Source: Candidatus Omnitrophota bacterium (lineage in GTDB: Bacteria; Omnitrophota; Gorgyraeia; 2-01-FULL-45-10). From it: DNA of 32,000 nt. A program made the position numbers and the translations under genes. The stretch spans positions 419,789 to 451,788 of the forward strand of contig JAMWCX010000001.1 of NCBI GenBank assembly GCA_023818895.1, read 5' to 3'. The notes under the pieces are model-generated. The model was given only the letters and a program-made list of their open reading frames with translations. It was not told the DNA's origin and ran no database searches. The number at the start of each line of letters is the position of its first letter. Within the stretch, counting starts at the first letter, position 1. Of this stretch, positions 26,429 to 32,000 are shown piece after piece.

Positions 26429-26671
26429 CTATCTCTTTTTCCTTTTCTTTCCGCCTACGAGCATTTTCGCCCTCGAAACATCGCCCTTCTTGTCGATGAA
26501 GTAGAGGTAACCTTTCTCCTTTTTCACCCCGGGCTTCGCGATAACCTTACCGCCGCCGCCCTTGGACTTACCTCTCGCCATCTTTGTTTCGACGACGTTG
26601 CCTTTCTTATCGACGTAATAAAGATATCCTTTCTTACGCGTTATGCCTACCTTTGCGACCTTCTCTGCCAT
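26429..26671 (-). CDS. Small (80 aa) highly basic protein with two tandem ~27-aa repeats; function unknown
   Basis: ATG with a GAGGAGGTGA SD 7 nt upstream, and its own terminator. The protein has 26 K/R against 6 D/E. Repeats [27 protein letters not shown] (aa 8-34) and [27 protein letters not shown] (aa 47-73) are joined by KSKGGGGK, and the tail is GKKRKKR. Confidence 0.7.
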   Translation of the reverse strand: MAEKVAKVGITRKKGYLYYVDKKGNVVETKMARGKSKGGGGKVIAKPGVKKEKGYLYFIDKKGDVSRAKMLVGGKKRKKR

Positions 26672-26704
26672 TTTATTTCACCTCCTCTCGCCATAGTTTT
26701 AAAA

Positions 26705-27430
26705 TTAAAGAATGTTGATATAGTCCTTTTTCACTCTGGCTATACACCGGAATATGTTGGTTTTTACATAAGCGCAATCCTTTTCGACCTTTTTCACGAA
26801 CTCCTTCATAAGCCGCCGCCTCGAAGCTTCGGCGGCTAGGCAGTTGCGCGCGTCCACGGGGAAACGGCATTCCTTGGCATACCTCGCCAGGTGCTTCTCT
26901 TCTACGTAGCAAAGCGGCCTTATTATGACTATCTTGCCACCAAAAAGCTCCTGTCTGGGATTCATCGCCGAGAACTCGCCATGATAGAAGATGTTCAAAA
27001 GAAGCGTCTCGACAATATCGTCTTTATTATGGCCGAGGGCGACTTTATTGCATCCGAATCTGTCAGCGGCCAGGAAGAGGGATTTTCGCCTGTTCCAGGA
27101 GCACCAAAAACACCCCGGATCCTCACCTGGCCTGCGGATGGCTAACTTCTCGAAATGATACTCTACGCCACGCTTCTCAAAGAACTTCTTTAGCCTGTTA
27201 CGATTAGCGGCACCGCATTTATAATCAGTCTCGACATGCATTGCTACCAGCTCATACGATACCGGCGCCCACTTACGGCGCTCGTTCAAAAGATGCAGCA
27301 TCGTAAGGCTATCTTTGCCGCCGGAAACGGCTACCAGTATCCTGTCCTTATCTTCAATGAGCTTGTAATCGGCGATCGCCCGTCCGATCCGTGTCGATAT
27401 ATAATTGCCTGTTTTGCCCAAAGGCCGCAT
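26705..27430 (-). CDS. ttcA: PP-loop ATPase, TtcA-family tRNA 2-thiolation enzyme
   Basis: 241-aa ORF with the PP-loop VAVSGGKDSLTML. The CFWCSWNRRKSLF (CxxC) context resembles TtcA CSLCSRLRRG, followed by LGHNKDDIVETLLLN. Confidence 0.7.
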   Translation of the reverse strand: MRPLGKTGNYISTRIGRAIADYKLIEDKDRILVAVSGGKDSLTMLHLLNERRKWAPVSYELVAMHVETDYKCGAANRNRLKKFFEKRGVEYHFEKLAIRRPGEDPGCFWCSWNRRKSLFLAADRFGCNKVALGHNKDDIVETLLLNIFYHGEFSAMNPRQELFGGKIVIIRPLCYVEEKHLARYAKECRFPVDARNCLAAEASRRRLMKEFVKKVEKDCAYVKTNIFRCIARVKKDYINIL

Positions 27431-27436
27431 GGGAGA

Positions 27437-28249
27437 CTATGTGCCTATCCTGACCGATGTTGTCAGAGATTCCAGCGTAGCTATTGCCGAAAAGATGGCC
27501 AGAGCGCTCGTCTTGGGATTGACCTCTGATGGAACGTTGTCTGTTCTTGTCATAATCTTTCCGCAATCGCCTGTTATCTCTATCTCATGCGTATTTTTTG
27601 TATAGTCGGGGGATGTCACTATCCTTACTCGCGTCTTAGCCGATCCGAGGCCGGCAAGGCTTAGAACCGCTGAAACGTTAACATTGGCAGGAAAGCCTTT
27701 GACGGCTTCTTGAGCGCTTCCCTCAAATAATACCGTTTCTTTCTTTATCTTGCCCAAGTCAACGCCTTTTTCTATAAGATATGGCGCCCCCTCGAGCCCT
27801 TTAGGCGGCTTTCTCGTCGTAAGTACCACCGATTCTATCCTGCCCACCGAGGCGGACTTAAGGCCGTCTATTCCGCAGATGGCGCCGCTTGGTATATAGA
27901 CCTTTATGCCTTTGGCGGCGGCCCGCTTTAATAACTCCTCCTTACCGATAAGTCCGCCAACACTCATCACAAGACAATCCTTGCCATTATTTATGCACTT
28001 TTCCAGTATGACAGCCGAAACAGCGGCGCTCGCCGATTCTACGATCACATCAGAGGCATTTACTAAGCCATCTACATCCATTACGCTGATATCAGCCCCT
28101 ACGGATCCAAGAAGTTTCTCGGCCTTCTGGCGGCTTATATCGCATATCGCCACAAGCTCAACCGAGGCAGCCAGTCGGCCTCGACACGCTTTTGCGATTT
28201 CGGTGCCAATCGCGCCGCATCCTATTATGCCCACCTTGATCTTTTTCAT
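27437..28249 (-). CDS. nadX: L-aspartate dehydrogenase
   Basis: 270-aa ORF with Rossmann motif VGIIGCGAIG. PSGAICGIDGL, RKPPKGL, LFEGSAQEAVKGFPANVNV, HEIEI and NPKTSALA parallel the Thermotoga TM1643-type enzyme as I recall it. Adjacent to nadA. Confidence 0.85.
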   Translation of the reverse strand: MKKIKVGIIGCGAIGTEIAKACRGRLAASVELVAICDISRQKAEKLLGSVGADISVMDVDGLVNASDVIVESASAAVSAVILEKCINNGKDCLVMSVGGLIGKEELLKRAAAKGIKVYIPSGAICGIDGLKSASVGRIESVVLTTRKPPKGLEGAPYLIEKGVDLGKIKKETVLFEGSAQEAVKGFPANVNVSAVLSLAGLGSAKTRVRIVTSPDYTKNTHEIEITGDCGKIMTRTDNVPSEVNPKTSALAIFSAIATLESLTTSVRIGT

Positions 28250-28273
28250 CAGATCACCCCGCCCCTCAGCGCT

Positions 28274-29215
28274 CTATTTACTGACCGCGAGCATCCTGTC
28301 GAGCGTCTTCCTGGCTCTCTCCCTTACCTCTTCGGAAACTTTTATCTCATATACCATCTTTTCGAGGCTGTAGGCTACCCAGCCTAGTGTTATGAGCTTC
28401 ATGTTCGCGCATACAAGATGCGGCGTGGGAAGATAAAACTTCTTGTCTGGGTTCTCCTTCTGCAACTTATACAGCATACCGGATTCCGTCGCTATTATGA
28501 ACTCTTTTGCGGTCGATTTCTTGGCATATGTGAACATCCCCGCCGTGGAACAAACGTGATCAGCTATGGCAAGGACTTCAGGATTACATTCGGGATGAGC
28601 CAGCACCTCAGCACCCTTGTGCAGCTCCTTCGCCTTTATTATGTCTTCCTCTTGAACCCTTATATGCGTGGGACAGAATCCCTCCCAAAGGATTATGTTC
28701 TTTTCAGGCACCTGCGACTGCACATAACGGCCGAGGTTCCTATCAGGGACAAATATAATATCTTTCTCCTTAAGAGATCTGACTATCTGTATTGCGTTAG
28801 AAGATGTGCAGGCTATGTCGCTCTCCGCTTTAACCTCAGCGCTTGAATTTACGTAGCACACCACAGCAGCGTTGGGATATTGTTTTCTTTTGGCGCGCAG
28901 TTTTTCCGCAGTTATCATATCCGCCAAAGGACAACCGGCCTCTATAACGGGCAACAGCACCGTTTTGTCGGGATTCAGGATCGAAGCTGACTCCGCCATA
29001 AACTGCACACCGCAGAAGACGATGACATCAGCGTCCGTCCTAACAGCCGCCTGTGAAAGAGCCAGCGAATCTCCGCTGATATCAGCGATATCCTGTATCT
29101 CATCACGCTGGTAATTATGGACGATTATGACGGCGTTGCGCTTCTTCTTGAGTTTGGCTATCTTCTTCTTAAGCGCCTCGTTATATTTCAGGTCATCCTT
29201 GTCATTAACCCGCAT
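28274..29215 (-). CDS. nadA: Quinolinate synthase
   Basis: IIVHNYQRDEIQDIADISGDSLALS, VFCGVQFMAESA, CYVNSSAEVKA and AHPEC are NadA motifs. I use ATG 29215 (1 nt after the panC stop) instead of the track's GTG at 29230. Confidence 0.9.
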   Translation of the reverse strand: MRVNDKDDLKYNEALKKKIAKLKKKRNAVIIVHNYQRDEIQDIADISGDSLALSQAAVRTDADVIVFCGVQFMAESASILNPDKTVLLPVIEAGCPLADMITAEKLRAKRKQYPNAAVVCYVNSSAEVKAESDIACTSSNAIQIVRSLKEKDIIFVPDRNLGRYVQSQVPEKNIILWEGFCPTHIRVQEEDIIKAKELHKGAEVLAHPECNPEVLAIADHVCSTAGMFTYAKKSTAKEFIIATESGMLYKLQKENPDKKFYLPTPHLVCANMKLITLGWVAYSLEKMVYEIKVSEEVRERARKTLDRMLAVSK

Positions 29216-29216
29216 T

Positions 29217-30110
29217 TTATCTCCTAACACCGGGCTTTTTCTCTGAGTCCGGTAGGATTTTGGGAGAAAGTCTTACAATGACATTGTCGATAAGACGGGT
29301 CTTCCCGACATAAGCGGCAACCGCTATAAGCGCCTCCGACTTTATCTCCGGCAAATCCTCGAGCTCTTTGGTATCAACTATAGAAACGTAATCGATCTTG
29401 ATGGAAGCTTTTTGCGATATAACATCTTTAATGGCTCTGATAATTTTCTTTGAATCAATTTCGCCTGAGGCCACCATCCCTTCCGCCTTCCGAAGCGCCT
29501 CGTAAATCGAAAGAGCGGATTTGCGCTCATCTTCGGAAAGGTACACGTTCCTGGAACTCATGGCCAGACCGTCCGATTCCCGCACTATGGGCATCACTTT
29601 TATCTCGACATCCATATTGAGGTCCTGGACCATTTTTTTTATAACTATCGCCTGCTGTGCATCCTTCTGGCCGAAATACGCCACGTCCGGTCTAACGATA
29701 TTAAAAAGCTTCGCAACAACTGTCGTAACGCCTCTGAAATGGCCAGACCTGGAAGCGCCGCAAAGTCTATCTGTAAGGCGCTCGACATTTATATAAGTAG
29801 AATAGCCCGGCGGATACATATCCTTTGCGGACGGATAGAAGATAACGTCAACTCCGGCGGCGCGGGCAAGCTCCTCGTCCCTTTTAAGATCACGGGGGTA
29901 CTTTTCGAAGTCTTCGGAAGGGCCAAACTGGATAGGATTTACAAATATGCTCATAACTACAAAATCCGTGTGCTTCTTCGCCGCTTTAACAAGACTCATA
30001 TGGCCATCGTGAAGATACCCCATAGTCGGTACGAAGCCTATGGTCTTACCTTCCTTCCTGACCATCTTTGAAAGCGTGGCCATCCTTTGTATGCTATCTA
30101 CCAGCTTCAC
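29217..30110 (-). CDS. panC: Pantoate--beta-alanine ligase
   Basis: GFVPTMGYLHDGHMSLV and FGQKDAQQ are PanC motifs. The GTG start leaves a 26-aa lead before VPTMG, the usual spacing. Confidence 0.9.
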   Translation of the reverse strand: MKLVDSIQRMATLSKMVRKEGKTIGFVPTMGYLHDGHMSLVKAAKKHTDFVVMSIFVNPIQFGPSEDFEKYPRDLKRDEELARAAGVDVIFYPSAKDMYPPGYSTYINVERLTDRLCGASRSGHFRGVTTVVAKLFNIVRPDVAYFGQKDAQQAIVIKKMVQDLNMDVEIKVMPIVRESDGLAMSSRNVYLSEDERKSALSIYEALRKAEGMVASGEIDSKKIIRAIKDVISQKASIKIDYVSIVDTKELEDLPEIKSEALIAVAAYVGKTRLIDNVIVRLSPKILPDSEKKPGVRR

Positions 30111-30139
30111 CGCGCACCTTCTTCACCGGAGACCGCATC

Positions 30140-30553
30140 CTACCTGATAAGGGACGGGGCAAGCTCCCTTAGCCCCTTAAGCACAAACTCCCTTTCCCTT
30201 ATGCGGGGGTGCGGAACAATAAGTCCTTCTTCTTCTATTCTCTCGTTGCCGTAATAGAGTATATCAAGGTCTATCGTCCTTGGCATATTAATACCGTCTC
30301 TTTTCCGTCCCAGATTGTCTTCTATCGCGTTCAACTTGCTTAAAAGCGTCTTCGGCCTAAGAGACGTCTTTATCTCGATGACACCGTTAAGAAACTTTCC
30401 CTGGGGAGTATTGCTCACCGGTTCGGTCTCATAAATCGACGAAAGGCGCGTTACAATAACCCCAGGGGTGTTCCTCAAGGCCTCTATAGCCCTCTCTATA
30501 TGAGAACGCCTGTCACCCAGATTAGAACCTATACCTATATAACAGGTGGTCAT
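30140..30553 (-). CDS. folK: 2-amino-4-hydroxy-6-hydroxymethyldihydropteridine diphosphokinase (HPPK)
   Basis: 137-aa ORF. YIGIGSNLGDR...YETEPV...PRTIDLDIL...L.VPHPR is the HPPK signature. Confidence 0.9.
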   Translation of the reverse strand: MTTCYIGIGSNLGDRRSHIERAIEALRNTPGVIVTRLSSIYETEPVSNTPQGKFLNGVIEIKTSLRPKTLLSKLNAIEDNLGRKRDGINMPRTIDLDILYYGNERIEEEGLIVPHPRIREREFVLKGLRELAPSLIR

Positions 30554-30586
30554 AACCGGTTGAGATCATCCGCCATACGCCGCGCA

Positions 30587-31756
30587 TTATCCTAATCGTT
30601 TACCAATTCTATCCACCGCTTCTCTGATACGCCTTTTGTCAACGGTCAGCGCCATTCTGACATAACCTTCGCCACTCGCCCCAAAACCGTTGCCGGGCGT
30701 AACAACGATATCGCATTTTTCAAGAAGCGCTTTTGCGAAGGTGGCGGAAGTATAACGCGGCGGTACTTTGCACCATACATAAAATGTGGCTTTCGGCTTA
30801 ACCACATTCCAGCCCATTTTATTTAGACCATCCACCAGCAGGTCCCGACGCTCCTGGTATATCTTGATCGTAGTCCTTATGTGCTTGTCGTAATTCTCAA
30901 AAGCGGCGACGCCAGCCCACTGGATGGCGAAGAACACTCCGGAATCTACGTTGGACTTCACCTTCGCCAGAGATTCCACAAGATGCTTATTGCCGCAGGC
31001 AAAACCTATGCGCCAGCCGGTCATGTTAAATGTCTTTGAAAGAGAATGAAACTCTATGGCGACATCTCGCCCGCCCTTCACCTCCATTATGCTGGGCGCC
31101 TTGTAGCCATCGTAACACATTTCCGAATATGCGGCGTCGCAAAGGACTACTATATTGTGTTTTAGGGCAAATTCCACGACGTGCTCAAGAAAGCGCTTAT
31201 CGCATACGGCGCCGGTTGGATTGTTCGGATAGTTGATGTACATGATTCTGGCCTTATGAAGTATGTTGTGACTTATCGCTTTTAGGTCAGGAAGAAAATG
31301 ATTGTTTTCTACGAGCGGCATTAGCGCCACCTCACCACCGGCAAACCATGTTCCGGACTTATATGGCGGATAGCAGGGGTCGGGAACGAGCGATATATCA
31401 CCGGGATTCATGACCGCAAGAGGCATGTGCGCTATCCCCTCTTTTGAGCCGATAAGCGGAAGTATCTCGCTGGCGGGATCCAGATCCACCTCAAAGCGCT
31501 TCTTAAACCACTTTGAGATCGCCTGCCTGAATTCTGGAAGTCCGGCATCGAGCGGATATCGGTGATTTCTGGGGTCGGCCAGCGCCTTTTTCATAGCCTC
31601 TATAATGAATCGCGGTGTAGGCATATCCGGATCGCCGATGCCGAGGTCTATGATATCGCGGCCTTCATCACGCGCCTTTTTCTTCGCTCTGTCAATCTCC
31701 ACAAAAAGATAGGGCGGCAGCTTCTTTAATCTTTCAGAACATTCGATCTTTATCAT
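30587..31756 (-). CDS. dapL: LL-diaminopimelate aminotransferase (class I aminotransferase, DapL-type)
   Basis: 389-aa ORF. N-terminal LPPYLFVEIDRAKKKARDEGRDIIDLGIGDPDMPTP is typical of DapL. NYPNNPTG; PLP-lysine context SLSKTFNMTGWRIG. Directly downstream of dapB. Confidence 0.8.
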   Translation of the reverse strand: MIKIECSERLKKLPPYLFVEIDRAKKKARDEGRDIIDLGIGDPDMPTPRFIIEAMKKALADPRNHRYPLDAGLPEFRQAISKWFKKRFEVDLDPASEILPLIGSKEGIAHMPLAVMNPGDISLVPDPCYPPYKSGTWFAGGEVALMPLVENNHFLPDLKAISHNILHKARIMYINYPNNPTGAVCDKRFLEHVVEFALKHNIVVLCDAAYSEMCYDGYKAPSIMEVKGGRDVAIEFHSLSKTFNMTGWRIGFACGNKHLVESLAKVKSNVDSGVFFAIQWAGVAAFENYDKHIRTTIKIYQERRDLLVDGLNKMGWNVVKPKATFYVWCKVPPRYTSATFAKALLEKCDIVVTPGNGFGASGEGYVRMALTVDKRRIREAVDRIGKRLG

Positions 31757-31765
31757 GGCCCCCCC

Positions 31766-32000
31766 TTAAAGAGAAAGGACATCCTTCATTGTGTACAACC
31801 CCGGCGCTTTTCCGGCTATGAACTTCGCTGCTCTAAGCGCTCCCCTCGCGAATATGTCGCGCGTCTTTGCGCTGTGCGTTATCTCCAAAGTATCAACGTC
31901 CGAATCGAAAGTTATAGTATGCTCACCGACGATATCGTCCTCTCGAATCGACTCTATAGGTATATCGATATCACTGCCTTTGGATTCTCTGACTATGCGC
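31766..32000 (-). CDS. dapB: 4-hydroxy-tetrahydrodipicolinate reductase, C-terminal 78 codons (5' end beyond window)
   Basis: Hand translation gives ...REDDIVGEHTITFDSDVDTLEITHSAKTRDIFARGALRAAKFIAGKAPGLYTMKDVLSL*, the typical DapB C-terminus. Not in the track because its start lies outside the window. Confidence 0.85.
   Translation of the reverse strand, partial: RIVRESKGSDIDIPIESIREDDIVGEHTITFDSDVDTLEITHSAKTRDIFARGALRAAKFIAGKAPGLYTMKDVLSL

Noticed and set aside
26673-26912. 79-aa minus-strand ORF overlapping the 3' end of the ttcA-like gene
   Set aside because: It is off-frame within a PP-loop ATPase gene with clear motifs. The product is Arg/Pro-rich, and no SD is present.
4532-31236. The many other plus-strand and alternative-frame ORFs in the track (e.g. 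4532..5044, 6807..7550, 9598..10077, 14746..15327, 20289..20729, 22510..23016, 25291..25734, 27906..28373)
   Set aside because: Each is embedded in a minus-strand gene with unmistakable family motifs. Their translations are typical antisense or off-frame products, and none has an independent SD or a conserved motif.
31759-31765. G7 (minus strand) homopolymer between the dapB stop and the dapL ATG as a phase-variation tract
   Set aside because: Seven residues is short for slipped-strand switching. It most simply serves as a G-rich SD for dapL, and housekeeping lysine-pathway genes are unlikely phase-variable targets.
1-32000. CRISPR arrays, rRNA genes, IS elements/transposases, integrases, prophage or toxin-antitoxin modules
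   Set aside because: Scanning by eye found no direct-repeat/spacer periodicity, no long terminal inverted repeats, no recombinase- or transposase-like ORFs, and no rRNA-like segments. The only RNA gene found is tRNA-Ala. This visual scan cannot exclude short or degenerate repeats.

Overview
Gene-dense 32-kb chromosomal segment from a bacterium with moderate GC (not computed) and anaerobe-type metabolism. The taxon cannot be determined from the window; the gene content and a giant ORF are reminiscent of uncultivated candidate phyla, at low confidence. All 33 CDS I can support (two cut by the window edges) and the single tRNA are on the minus strand, with very short or overlapping junctions. 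In transcription order (right to left): dapB (3' end), dapL, folK, panC, nadA, nadX and a ttcA-like gene. Next comes an 80-aa very basic tandem-repeat protein with a strong SD and its own terminator, followed by uvrA. A Tol-like block follows: a multi-CpoB-type TPR protein, TolQ/ExbB, a TolR/ExbD with Asn at the canonical transmembrane Asp, and a truncated TolA/TonB-like anchor. It runs straight into three tiny uncharacterised genes: a membrane-tethered zinc ribbon, a DUF2582-type wHTH and a possible PC4-like fold. Then come an HDAC-family deacetylase, cutA, a stand-alone LigD-type 3'-phosphoesterase, a signal-anchored SagB-type nitroreductase and tRNA-Ala(CGC). After those are a signal-peptide-bearing Memo-AMMECR1 fusion, a membrane-anchored triple-repeat protein, rsmE, mtaB, GT2 plus methyltransferase, and fabG-acpP-fabF. 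The window ends with an acyl-CoA dehydrogenase, EtfB, a ferredoxin-fused EtfA, a 241-bp AT-rich gap, and a membrane-anchored ORF of at least 1423 codons that runs off the left edge. I saw no CRISPR array, rRNA, transposase/integrase or long nucleotide repeat. The best candidates for something undescribed are (i) the Tol-like motor with a non-protonatable TolR plus the three small genes, (ii) the giant ORF, (iii) the exported Memo-AMMECR1 fusion with its repeat-protein neighbour, and (iv) the small basic repeat protein. All functional calls rest on motif recognition from memory; no searches were run.
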